From a virus (taxonomy: Duplodnaviria > Caudoviricetes): DNA of 56,543 nt. Location of the stretch: IMG/VR virus record IMGVR_UViG_3300046002_002936, positions 1 to 56,543 of that record; one strand, 5' to 3'. The position numbers were made by a program, and so were the translations under genes. Positions 10,003 through 19,519 of the stretch are shown piece after piece (position 1 is the stretch's first letter; every line of letters starts with the position of its first letter). The notes below the pieces were generated by a model that saw nothing but the letters and a program-made list of their open reading frames with translations, made no database searches and was not told the DNA's origin.

Positions 10003-11663
10003 TGGCTTCTCAAGAATTATCTCAAGCCGAAATCGACGAGATGAGCAATCTCGGTGGTCCAAATAGTGTTTTTCAAAGAGCCGGAACGAGCGGCGGCTTG
10101 ACGAACTTTGGCGCGGCAAACATGGTTTCCGGTGGTTCCCAAAGCCCAACTCAGGCCTCAAGCCTCCTTTCGAGCAGCGTGCCCCTCGCGCCCTCAGCAT
10201 CGACGACGCAGACGGTCCTGCCTGAGTGGTACACCAACTACGCCCAAGACATCTTGTCTCGTCAGGCCGCCGTGGCCAACACGCCGTACCCCACCTATCA
10301 GGGTCCTCGCGTTGCCGACTTCACTGGAGATCAGCAGGCGGGCTTCGGTATGGCCCGAGGCGCGGCCACAGCCGGTCAGGGCGCACTCAACACGGCCTTG
10401 GGGGCTACGCAAGGCGCACTTGGCCGATCCAGCCTAGGAGCCGCCCAGCCCTACCTGAGCGGCGCGGCGAGCATGTCCGGTGGGCAGTCTGCCGCCCCCT
10501 ATCTTGAGCAGGGCGCTGGCATGTACGGTCAGGTTGGCCAATCGAACTCGGTCGGCGCGGCGCAGCCATTCTTTGGTCAGGCGGCGGGCATGTCGGGCGT
10601 TGGCGCTGCCACACCTAATCTCCAGCAGGGCGCAAACCTCTATAGCCAAAGCACGCAGAACCTTGGCATGCAGTCGGCCCAGCCGTTCCTCAATGCGGCG
10701 GGTGGAAGCACTGTGGGCAATATCAACACCTACATGAACCCCTACCAAGAGCAGGTGGTCAATCGCATTGGCGACATGGGCGCGCGCACGCTGCGCGAGA
10801 AGCTCTTGCCTGAAATCTCTGACCGCTTCATTGGCGCGGGTGGCTTCGGCGGATCGCGTCAGGCCGAGGCCACTGGCCGTGCGCTTCGAGACACCATGGA
10901 GGGCATCAGCGCGCAGCAGTCTGCGGCCTTGCAGGCTGGGTACGGTCAGGCCGCGCAACTGTCTCAGGGCGATCTGGCGCGTCAGGCGCAACTGGCCAGC
11001 ACCGCCGGTCAGCTTGGCACGGCGCAGCAGGGCGCTTTGCAGGCTGCGGGCACGGGCATGGCCAACATCGGCACGTCTCTGGGCAACCTCACCGCCGACC
11101 AGCAGCGCGCACTGACTTCCTTGGGCACGTCCACCGGCCAGCTTTACGGCCAAGACATCAGCGCCAAAGGCACGGCGGGCGCAGGCTTGTCAAACATCGG
11201 TCAGACATACGGTCAACTCACGTCCGACCAGCAGCGCATCCTTTCGGGCCTTGGCTCGACGGCAGGCCAACTGTACGGCTCAGACACGACGCAGCAGAGC
11301 GACGCGGCCCGTCAGATGGCGGCTCTGGGTCTTCAGCAGCAGCAGATGGGCCTTACCGGCGCAGGTGCCCTGCAAGGCATTGGTGCGCAGCAGCAGGCTC
11401 TGGGTCAGAAGAGCCTCGACACGGCCTACAGCGACTTCCTGCGTCAGCAGGGGTATCCGCAGGAGCAGATTACGGGTATGGTTGGGGCGTTGCAGGGTGT
11501 TGGAGCAGCCGTTCCAAAGGCGACACTTGAGGAGGGCTACGGGGCCTACAATCCGAACGTGGCCACGCCAGCCAAGACGACGGGTCTGCAAGACGCGGCC
11601 ACGGCTGCCGGATCGACCGTTGCCATATTTGACGCGCTTAAGAAGATGGGGATTATCACATAA
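10002..11663 (+). CDS. DNA ejection/pilot-like protein (Gln/Gly/Ala-rich repeats)
   Basis: LPEWY, YQGPRVA, YMNPY, GGFGGSR motifs; helical repeats; TAATG coupling. Confidence 0.6.
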   Translation: MASQELSQAEIDEMSNLGGPNSVFQRAGTSGGLTNFGAANMVSGGSQSPTQASSLLSSSVPLAPSASTTQTVLPEWYTNYAQDILSRQAAVANTPYPTYQGPRVADFTGDQQAGFGMARGAATAGQGALNTALGATQGALGRSSLGAAQPYLSGAASMSGGQSAAPYLEQGAGMYGQVGQSNSVGAAQPFFGQAAGMSGVGAATPNLQQGANLYSQSTQNLGMQSAQPFLNAAGGSTVGNINTYMNPYQEQVVNRIGDMGARTLREKLLPEISDRFIGAGGFGGSRQAEATGRALRDTMEGISAQQSAALQAGYGQAAQLSQGDLARQAQLASTAGQLGTAQQGALQAAGTGMANIGTSLGNLTADQQRALTSLGTSTGQLYGQDISAKGTAGAGLSNIGQTYGQLTSDQQRILSGLGSTAGQLYGSDTTQQSDAARQMAALGLQQQQMGLTGAGALQGIGAQQQALGQKSLDTAYSDFLRQQGYPQEQITGMVGALQGVGAAVPKATLEEGYGAYNPNVATPAKTTGLQDAATAAGSTVAIFDALKKMGIIT

Positions 11664-13129
11664 TGGCCATCAATCCAAAATTTGGCGGCTTGTCTGCGCT
11701 TGATCCGCAGGACGACGCGGTTGATCCGCAGAACGAAGAGTTTGATTACGGATCAGACAACGCCGACCTGCGCTCGTATCTTGCCAGCAAGGTCAAGGCT
11801 CGCGACGCGGCTGTCGCGGCTCTGCCCACTTGGGAAGATTACACGGCAGCCCTAAGCGAGGCGCGCCAACCTCGCTCTCGCATGAGCCAAATCTCAGAGG
11901 CATTGCTTGCATACGGTAGACCCCTTGAGCAGGGTCAGTCCAAGTGGCAGTCTTTGGGAAATGCCGCCACGACCCTGACTAAGGGTATTGAGGCCGAAGA
12001 AGCAGCCAAGCGTGCGGAGCAGGTGAAGCGCGCGCAGCTTAGGATGCAGTATCTCAAGGCGAAGTCTGACGTGGAGGGTCCTTACGATGAGGCGATTGAT
12101 GCTATTGCGATCAAGGCATATTCGCCAGTCAAGGCTGGTAAGGCTCCAACGCTCGTTCAACCCCTGCAAGGTCCAGACGGCAGGTACAACATCCACCCCT
12201 ACCAGCCTGACATTATGGTTCCACCCAACTATGTCATTGTCGCCGGAACGGGTGAGATGATGCCATCTTCGGCCTTTGCGGCGCAGTACAGCAAGCTGTC
12301 TGCTCAAGCGAACCCGCCCGCAGCAGGTCAATCTGCGCCGAGTACCCAAGCGACACCTGCGCCTACACCAGCAGCGCCTGCAGCAGCGCAGCCAGCGCCT
12401 GCCAGCGGCGGGGCTTTGCCCGGTGTGAAGAAGCTTAATTCACGGGAAGAGTTTGCAACCCTTGCGCCCGGCGAGAAGGGCTCGTTCGAAGGTGAAGTTC
12501 AGTTCGGAACGACCGGCGGGCCAAAGGTTATCGTTTCCAAACCAGAACCCCCCAAGCCGCTCCCACCAAAGCTTCAGGAAGCTGAGGATGAGAACCTTGA
12601 AGCAATTCGGTCGTTTAGCGACACCAACGCAGACCTTCAAGAGCTGACACGCCAGATTGACAAGGGTGATATCAATCTTAGCCTTGTTGGAAATGCGCTG
12701 ACTAAAGCTCGAACCTTTGTCGGGATCGGTGGTGATGCTGGCACAAAGCTAAGTGGTCTTGAAACAACCATCAAAAGAATTAGAGATCAGACTTTGCTCC
12801 TAAATAAAGGAACGCAAACTGAGAATGACGCAAAGCGCGCACTTGAAACTTTGGTGGGGTCGATGAACGACGAGAACAAAGTTCGGGCGGCTCTTATTAA
12901 AATTGCAAAATACAATCAAAGTGCCCTAAAAACCAAATCTCTGCTTATTCAAAACCGCCGCAAAAGTTACGGTTTGGAGCTTCTGGACTTGACGCCATAT
13001 TACTCCGGCACACCAGCTGTTGGTGGCTCGGCAGAAGCTCCTCGCGATCCTGCTGCGAGGGAAAAGGGTAAGCGATATAGTACGCCGAAGGGCGATTTGC
13101 TTTGGACTGGCACAGGGTGGTCTAAATAA
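11663..13129 (+). CDS. Putative internal virion/ejection protein
   Basis: Coiled-coil plus Pro/Ala linker, C-terminal WTGTGW; position in operon. Confidence 0.5.
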   Translation: MAINPKFGGLSALDPQDDAVDPQNEEFDYGSDNADLRSYLASKVKARDAAVAALPTWEDYTAALSEARQPRSRMSQISEALLAYGRPLEQGQSKWQSLGNAATTLTKGIEAEEAAKRAEQVKRAQLRMQYLKAKSDVEGPYDEAIDAIAIKAYSPVKAGKAPTLVQPLQGPDGRYNIHPYQPDIMVPPNYVIVAGTGEMMPSSAFAAQYSKLSAQANPPAAGQSAPSTQATPAPTPAAPAAAQPAPASGGALPGVKKLNSREEFATLAPGEKGSFEGEVQFGTTGGPKVIVSKPEPPKPLPPKLQEAEDENLEAIRSFSDTNADLQELTRQIDKGDINLSLVGNALTKARTFVGIGGDAGTKLSGLETTIKRIRDQTLLLNKGTQTENDAKRALETLVGSMNDENKVRAALIKIAKYNQSALKTKSLLIQNRRKSYGLELLDLTPYYSGTPAVGGSAEAPRDPAAREKGKRYSTPKGDLLWTGTGWSK

Positions 13130-15660
13130 TGGCCGAGATGACTGACGAAGATGTCTTTGGATCACCAAAGCCCACGGGGGAAATGAGGGACGAGGACGTA
13201 TTCGGCCCAGTATCCGCACCCCCCACGGCAGAGGCGCTACGCAAGTTGCGTAACGTCAATCGCGCTCGGGCTCTGGCCAGCGGCGCGATGTACAGCTTTG
13301 GGGATGAGGCAGAGGCTCGCGTCCGATCCATGATGGGTCAAGGCGAGTACGAGCCGCTCGTCGAGGATATTCGGCAGCAGTATGCTCAGTATGGCAAGCA
13401 GAACCCCGGCGAGGCTATGGGCCTTGAGTTGGGTGGAGGATTGGCTGGTGCGTTTGTACCCGGCTTTGGCCTGACAAGTGGCATTGGGAACGCGGTGGCG
13501 CGTGCCGGTGTTGCCGGTGCGGGCGCCGGTGGTCTGTCTGCGCTCGGGGCAATGGAAGACAAGTTTGGCAATCTTGCTGACACTGCCGGTAAGGTCACTG
13601 GCGGCATGGTGATGGGCGGCGCTTTGGGCACAGTTTTGGGCGCAGTTCCCAAAGTTGCGTCTGGTTTGAGCAACCTCTTTCAGCGCGCACCCACTGAGGC
13701 GCAAGCGGCAGAGAAGGCCATGCAGGTCATTAACCGAGCCCTCGGTCGAGACAAGACCTCGCCGTCTCAGATTTATCGGCAAGCCTTGCGAGACGAGAAG
13801 GCTGGCGTTCCATCCGTAGCCGGTGAGCTTGGTGGTCGCAATCTTTCAAGCCTCATGGACACAGCCCTCACCGTTCCTTCGGAGGGCAGAGATGCGCTGT
13901 CTAAAGAGTTGGCTGGCTTGCAGACGGGCGCGTCAGAGCGCATTGAGGAGCGCCTATCCTCCACTTTGACAAAAAATACAAATTACGACGTGGCCAGACA
14001 AAGTGTCGTCGATAGCCTAAGAGACACGTTTAAAAACGACTATGGCCCCGCTTTTGCCGTAGGTCAGGTTGATGACCCCCTCATAGACCGACTTGTTAAT
14101 ACTAAGTCTGTGGCACCCTTCTGGGGCAGCGTTATGGACACCATGCAGGCTAAAGCTGACAAACTGGGCGTGACGGTCGAAGAGCTAATGCCTATGAAAA
14201 TGACCCCGCTTCTTGACGACGCGGGTAAGCCTTTAATCAACCCCTTCACAAACGCCCCCATGATGCTTCCAGCGTCCGGCGTCAAACCCACGGTGGAAGT
14301 CCTTGACGCCCTCAAGAGGGAGATGGACGAAGGTATCGACAATCTCTTTAGGCAAGGTGGGGCGTCATCCACAAAGGCCGACGAGCTTCGTCAAATTCGA
14401 AATATGATCATTGATCAGCTTGACATCAAAGTTCCTGCGTACGGAGCAGCTCGCGCGAAATATCGCGGAGATGCCGAGGTTCGCACTGCCTATGACATCG
14501 GTATGGGTGTGAACTTCCCTAGAGGTGCAAAGCCTCTCGAGAGGATGCGTCCGTTTGAAATCGATAAGCTCAAGTCGGGTATGTCTGAAGCTGAAAACGA
14601 GGCTCTCCTCGTCGGTTACGGAAATAGTCTTATCGATAAGATGAGAAAGACATCTCAGAACAAAAACTGGGCCGGTGAGATTGTAAACAACAAGTACGGC
14701 ATGGATCGCTTGGCGGCTCTGGTTCCAGACCCCAAGGAGCTGAACCTGCTGACGAGCGCCTTGCAGCGTGAGAGCGACCTGTTCAAGGGTCGATCCTCGG
14801 CGCTTGGTGGCTCTGCCACAGCCGGTCGCGTCGCGGCAAAGGCTGACGTTGACGCCATGATCCAAGAGGGTAAGTGGGGGGAACTTGCCAGCCTGATCAA
14901 CAGCGGTCGCAATGGCAACATCTTCGGTGTCGCCACATCTATGGTTCGCTTGCTGAAAGGTGAGAATTACGGCACCGAGGTCTACAGCCAGATCGCAAAG
15001 CTTCTGCGTACAGGGTCGGCTGAAGAGATCGCGGCCACCATGCGCGACCTATCTGCGCGTTACGCTGCGACCGTCGCCAAGGACCGTGCCGTGAGCGCTG
15101 GCGGCGCAGGTGTGGCCGCAGGTCTTGCAGCGCCTCTCGGCCCAACGCCCTCTGGTGAGGAGCCTGAGCCATTCCCAGAGGGTGTGGCTATCGGTCAAGA
15201 GGCTGTCGCCCCTGCGGCTACAGAAGGTGCCTCAGAACTCCCGATCAGCGAGCCTGAGTTTGAGGACCTAGTCGGCAAAGTCATCCAGCAAGAAAGCGGC
15301 GGCGATCACAGCGCCGTTAGCAAGAAGGGTGCCGCAGGTCTGATGCAGCTCATGCCAGCTACCGCCCGCAATCCGGGCATGGGTATCCCCCCAGTGCGCG
15401 ATGACAGCCCAGAAGAGAACGTGCGCGTTGGCACAGCCTATTTGAAGGGATTGATCTCCAAGTACGGGGATGTGGCGTCAGCCCTTGCCGCCTACAACTG
15501 GGGACCGGGTAACTTCGACGAGTGGCGCGCAGGCGGCATGAAGGGTGCTATCCCGGAAGAGACAAAGGGCTACATCCAGAATATACTGGGCGTGAAATCG
15601 GCGTCCGACAAAGGCATCAGTGTTCGAACGGGTCCAGACCTTCCAGAGTGGGCGTACTAA
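13129..15660 (+). CDS. Large ejection protein with C-terminal soluble lytic transglycosylase (SLT) domain
   Basis: QESGG...AVSKKGAAGLMQLMPATA...GTAYL...ALAAYNWGPG SLT motifs. Confidence 0.85.
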   Translation: MAEMTDEDVFGSPKPTGEMRDEDVFGPVSAPPTAEALRKLRNVNRARALASGAMYSFGDEAEARVRSMMGQGEYEPLVEDIRQQYAQYGKQNPGEAMGLELGGGLAGAFVPGFGLTSGIGNAVARAGVAGAGAGGLSALGAMEDKFGNLADTAGKVTGGMVMGGALGTVLGAVPKVASGLSNLFQRAPTEAQAAEKAMQVINRALGRDKTSPSQIYRQALRDEKAGVPSVAGELGGRNLSSLMDTALTVPSEGRDALSKELAGLQTGASERIEERLSSTLTKNTNYDVARQSVVDSLRDTFKNDYGPAFAVGQVDDPLIDRLVNTKSVAPFWGSVMDTMQAKADKLGVTVEELMPMKMTPLLDDAGKPLINPFTNAPMMLPASGVKPTVEVLDALKREMDEGIDNLFRQGGASSTKADELRQIRNMIIDQLDIKVPAYGAARAKYRGDAEVRTAYDIGMGVNFPRGAKPLERMRPFEIDKLKSGMSEAENEALLVGYGNSLIDKMRKTSQNKNWAGEIVNNKYGMDRLAALVPDPKELNLLTSALQRESDLFKGRSSALGGSATAGRVAAKADVDAMIQEGKWGELASLINSGRNGNIFGVATSMVRLLKGENYGTEVYSQIAKLLRTGSAEEIAATMRDLSARYAATVAKDRAVSAGGAGVAAGLAAPLGPTPSGEEPEPFPEGVAIGQEAVAPAATEGASELPISEPEFEDLVGKVIQQESGGDHSAVSKKGAAGLMQLMPATARNPGMGIPPVRDDSPEENVRVGTAYLKGLISKYGDVASALAAYNWGPGNFDEWRAGGMKGAIPEETKGYIQNILGVKSASDKGISVRTGPDLPEWAY

Positions 15661-15663
15661 ATC

Positions 15664-17007
15664 ATGGCCAAATCCCCCCTAGCCGTTAAGCGCAAGTCCA
15701 CCCTCTCAGCCTACAAGCCCTCCCTGCGAGAGAAGGCCGCCATCCTCGGCGAGAAGGGCTTCAAGGCCGTCATGGGCCGTGAGCCGGGGTATGAGGCCCG
15801 TGAGAACATCAACCGCTACACGGGGCTGCTAGACCTTCTGGATGTGCCGGGTATGGCGCTGTCTGCCGACGACGCGCGGCGGAACATCCAGTCTAAGCAG
15901 TACGGTGCGGCGGCTGGTGACATTGCGGCCTTGGCCGTGGGGGCCATCCCTATTGCGGGTGGGGCGCTTAAGGGTGGGGCTAAGAAGGCTGTTAAGGAGG
16001 GGGTGGAGGGGGCCGCCGATCTGGTAAAAAGGTACATTCCTAGTTCATCGGGAGAACCCTTGACCGTTTATCATGGCTCAAGAACTGGAGCTACGGGTGA
16101 CTTTAAACCGTTTACGCACGATGAAACAAATTTGCCCGGAGTTGCGTTTTCAACAAACAAAAATGTTGCGGATAGATATGCAAATGATGCTTACAACAGA
16201 GCAGAATATGGAGACAAAATAACTCCGGCTTTAACAAAAGCTCGTATTCGTGGAGCAGAATTGCCAACTATAGATGATTTTTATAATCAAGCAGAAAATT
16301 ACTACAAAAAAGATTTTTCTAAGATCACGCCACAAGAAAAATTAAATTTTGCAAAATCCAAGGGGATAACAGCGTTAAACACAGAAGCCATTGGAGAAAA
16401 AGGAGAAGTTTTTGTCCTTGATCCGTCAGCTATTGAAACTGGGCCTTTTGAAGACCTAGCCGCCAAATACGAACTCCCTCCCGTCATCACAGGCGCGGAG
16501 CGTGAGGCTAACTTGGCGAGGTTTATGGAGGGAAGTCATCCGTTGACAAGAAATGCCGATGGCTCCCCCAAGACTTTTTATCACGGGACAAAAGCAGATA
16601 TAGAAAGCTTTGACCCTGAAAAAATAGCAAATTCAGATTTAGGAAGCATAGGTCAGGGTTTTTATGCCTCAGAGCACCCAGACCTTGCAAGCTTTTATTC
16701 TTCTATCGTTCCGGTAGAAGGTAATCCAAATGTTATGCCTATACACATCAATGCTAAAAATCCTTATGTTTATGACTTGGCCATACCTTTTAAAGATAAA
16801 GCGCAAAGCAAGGAATTTACAGATAAGTTAAAAGAGATGGGTCACGATGCCATTGTTAGATATGGTCGAGATGGGTCGATAGATGAGATAGTTTCTCTGT
16901 ATCCCGAAAAAATGAAATCCAAATTCAACATTGGCACTTTTAATCCTGAAGAACCTCACCTATCCAAAGCTCGCGGCGGCTTGGTCCGCAAATACAAGGT
17001 TCGCTGA
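15664..17007 (+). CDS. Virion-associated protein with two ADP-ribosyltransferase-like (ART-PolyVal-type) domains
   Basis: VYHGS...GVAFSTN...EVFVLDP and FYHGT...GFYAS...VMPIHINAKNPY...GHDAI...DEIVSLYP. Confidence 0.65.
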   Translation: MAKSPLAVKRKSTLSAYKPSLREKAAILGEKGFKAVMGREPGYEARENINRYTGLLDLLDVPGMALSADDARRNIQSKQYGAAAGDIAALAVGAIPIAGGALKGGAKKAVKEGVEGAADLVKRYIPSSSGEPLTVYHGSRTGATGDFKPFTHDETNLPGVAFSTNKNVADRYANDAYNRAEYGDKITPALTKARIRGAELPTIDDFYNQAENYYKKDFSKITPQEKLNFAKSKGITALNTEAIGEKGEVFVLDPSAIETGPFEDLAAKYELPPVITGAEREANLARFMEGSHPLTRNADGSPKTFYHGTKADIESFDPEKIANSDLGSIGQGFYASEHPDLASFYSSIVPVEGNPNVMPIHINAKNPYVYDLAIPFKDKAQSKEFTDKLKEMGHDAIVRYGRDGSIDEIVSLYPEKMKSKFNIGTFNPEEPHLSKARGGLVRKYKVR

Positions 17008-17009
17008 CT

Positions 17010-18605
17010 ATGGCCAAACCAACCTTCCAGCAGGTCAAGACCCGCGCCCTAGCCGTTCGCCCATCAAGCAACAGACCCGGTCTCTTCAGCGACCCCGGTA
17101 AGCTCCTCGAGGGCGCGGGAGACTTGGCTGTCGATCTGAGCAAGCGCGGCATGAACTATGTCCGCACCCGCACCCCAAGCCAAGTTGGCACCGACATCTC
17201 AAACGTGGCGGGCAGCGCATACGGTGCCGCAGAGCGTGGCGTCAGATCGGCAATGGCTGACCCATCTGCGGCTGCCGGTGAGGCGGTTCAGCTCGCTGCC
17301 GACACCGCTTTGGCCGTGCCACAAAGCCTAATGGCCATGGGCGATCTGCGCGCTCAAGCGGCTGCGTTGCGTAGGCGAGGTGATGAGGCCGGTGCGCGCC
17401 GTCTAGAGGGCTTGGCGGCTATGACTGCGCTGGGGGCGATCCCGGCTGTGGGGAAGGCTGCGAAGGCGGGGAAGGTTGTTGAGAAGGACACCGCTCGTCT
17501 GATTGAGGAGTATGGCGACGATTGGGTCGCCCCTATAGGGCACAACAACCCACCTTCAGCCAAAAAGCCAGTTGCAAAAAAAGTTGATATAGCCACCCGC
17601 CTTTTGACCAAGTACCCCGAAGCTCGTTCGGTTCGACCTGCTGAACTAGCCTTTGATCCTCGGATTGAAAAACGTAAGGGTGAGCTGGGTAAAATCAGAG
17701 AACTAAACGTCCATACAACTCCTCGTGACATGAAGCCTATACCTGAAGTCAGCATCTTTGACTTTGAGGGCAAGCCATACGTCACGTCCATGTCTGACCT
17801 GTCGGCAGCGGGAAAAGATGTTGTTGGAATAAACGACGTACTTTTTAAAGAGCCGGTCAGACTTAGAGGCGGTCAGGACTGGATGTTTGACAATGACGAA
17901 GTCTGGGCTTCTGAGGCTAAAGCTGCCCAAAGGCATGTTGATTTGGCGGAATACCTGAAGGGTTTAACAGGAGAAAACCCAATCTTTTTGCCGTGGACCA
18001 TGGGTCCTAAATCAATAAACTTTTCCCATCAGCCGCGAACCATCCAATACCAGTACGCCAACGCGAACATGGACTTTTCTGACAGAAGCTCGTTAGCCTC
18101 GTCGATAAAAAACATTCTCCCCGACTGGCGAAGCTTTGATGACCCAGAAAGCGCTCAGATGTTCATGGGTGCTGAAGGTAAAAGACGAGCCGCCTTAAAT
18201 AAGCTTATGGACAAATACCGTACGCGCGGGGGTATTGGTGAAGGGGAGGCGATATACGCGGCCACCGATCTCGACCAGATCGGCGCTCCGCTAACCAGTC
18301 TGCGTAATGTGGGCCTTATCATTCCTGAGCGCGGAGTTAGCCGATCTACTCACCCAGACTATACGGGAAATGTCCCCGGAGAGGGGCTTGGTCGGTTAAA
18401 AGAAAAGAACCTTGGCGCGTTGGCTTTGGCTCCAGATATTATGCAAGAAGCCGGTATCACCGATCCTTTTGATTTCCCTGTCGGCGTTGTGCCGGGGGTC
18501 AAATCCCCCATGCGCGCGTATCAAATGGGGCCAAAAGGGGGCATCCTTGACTATGACACTTTGCGTATTATCGAACAGATATTGGCAAAAGATAAGATGC
18601 CTTAA
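17010..18605 (+). CDS. Putative virion-delivered effector, unknown C-terminal domain
   Basis: Ala-rich helical N-terminus, GAIPAVG motif, then AT-richer globular domain; last gene of the late operon. Confidence 0.5.
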   Translation: MAKPTFQQVKTRALAVRPSSNRPGLFSDPGKLLEGAGDLAVDLSKRGMNYVRTRTPSQVGTDISNVAGSAYGAAERGVRSAMADPSAAAGEAVQLAADTALAVPQSLMAMGDLRAQAAALRRRGDEAGARRLEGLAAMTALGAIPAVGKAAKAGKVVEKDTARLIEEYGDDWVAPIGHNNPPSAKKPVAKKVDIATRLLTKYPEARSVRPAELAFDPRIEKRKGELGKIRELNVHTTPRDMKPIPEVSIFDFEGKPYVTSMSDLSAAGKDVVGINDVLFKEPVRLRGGQDWMFDNDEVWASEAKAAQRHVDLAEYLKGLTGENPIFLPWTMGPKSINFSHQPRTIQYQYANANMDFSDRSSLASSIKNILPDWRSFDDPESAQMFMGAEGKRRAALNKLMDKYRTRGGIGEGEAIYAATDLDQIGAPLTSLRNVGLIIPERGVSRSTHPDYTGNVPGEGLGRLKEKNLGALALAPDIMQEAGITDPFDFPVGVVPGVKSPMRAYQMGPKGGILDYDTLRIIEQILAKDKMP

Positions 18606-18789
18606 ACTGATTAGCCAAATCAGGACGCCCTCGGTCGTCCCGAAGAAAAGCGCGCACCTTGTCTTCGGTTGTCCTGCTGTTTTTGGTAATGCGGCAAAAT
18701 GTCTCAAACCGATTTAGCTCTCGGTACATATCCCCGTCTGGACACTCTTCAGGGTCCATTATTGTTAGTAGTTCAACAGGGCTACTCAC
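18568..18789 (-). CDS. Small hypothetical protein, candidate immunity protein
   Basis: GTG start overlaps TGA of the Cro-like gene; 3' end overlaps the convergent 17010-18605 gene by 38 bp. Confidence 0.5.
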   Translation of the reverse strand: MSSPVELLTIMDPEECPDGDMYRELNRFETFCRITKNSRTTEDKVRAFLRDDRGRPDLANQFKASYLLPISVR

Positions 18790-18986
18790 GTCAAAAGCGC
18801 CAACAAAGCCGGAGACACAAGCTCCTCCCGCTGCACGTCATACATAGCCTCAAGCTGTATGGCCCTAGACGCCGGGACATGCCCCCGCTTGCGCCAGTTG
18901 TAGACGGCCTGATGGGTGACGCCTAGCTGCTCGGCAAGGGCCAGTGGGCCTCCCGCCAGTTCGATGATTTTGTTAATTCCGGTCAT
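18786..18986 (-). CDS. Cro/YdaS-like HTH transcriptional regulator
   Basis: AGGPLALAEQLGVTHQAVYNWRKRGHVPASRA; GAAGGAGA SD before ATG 18986. Confidence 0.85.
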   Translation of the reverse strand: MTGINKIIELAGGPLALAEQLGVTHQAVYNWRKRGHVPASRAIQLEAMYDVQREELVSPALLALLT

Positions 18987-19015
18987 GTTGTTCTCCTTCG
19001 GGCACCATAGTGCAA

Positions 19016-19519
19016 TCAATCGGTTGCGGCAAGGGCCTTGTACTCCTCATAGGGCACGTAGGTCCACGTCAGGCCGCCGTCCTTGGTCTTGGCGACCATG
19101 TCCCCGTCCTTGCCTGTCGCCAGCATCGTCTGGACATGCTCGGGCTTTACCAGCCTCTCAAGGGCCAGCTCGACAGCCTTGGTGGCCACGCGCAGCTCGA
19201 TGTGGTCGTCGTGTATCCCTGCCATGATCAACTCGGCAAAGCGTGGGTTGATGTTCTGGTTGACCTGCGCCACGGCCTGCCGCGCGATCCTTTCATACTC
19301 GCTATTATAGACCAGCGTGCCGGGTGGGCCGTGCAGGACCTCAAGGCACTCCACCTCAAGGATGGCGTCCTTGCGTGTGTCAAAGCCCACGCTGTCTACT
19401 TCCGATCCAAAGTGCTTGGCGTACCACTTGCCATTTCCAAGGCTGGCCTCGGTGTCCTTGCCAGTCTCGCCTATGACTTTGGTGCCCTTGTAGACGAAGC
19501 GCTTGTGTGTGTCGGTCAT
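19016..19519 (-). CDS. Hypothetical protein
   Basis: Coupled ORF in the minus-strand operon; shares an IARQAVAQ domain with the neighbouring gene. Confidence 0.65.
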   Translation of the reverse strand: MTDTHKRFVYKGTKVIGETGKDTEASLGNGKWYAKHFGSEVDSVGFDTRKDAILEVECLEVLHGPPGTLVYNSEYERIARQAVAQVNQNINPRFAELIMAGIHDDHIELRVATKAVELALERLVKPEHVQTMLATGKDGDMVAKTKDGGLTWTYVPYEEYKALAATD

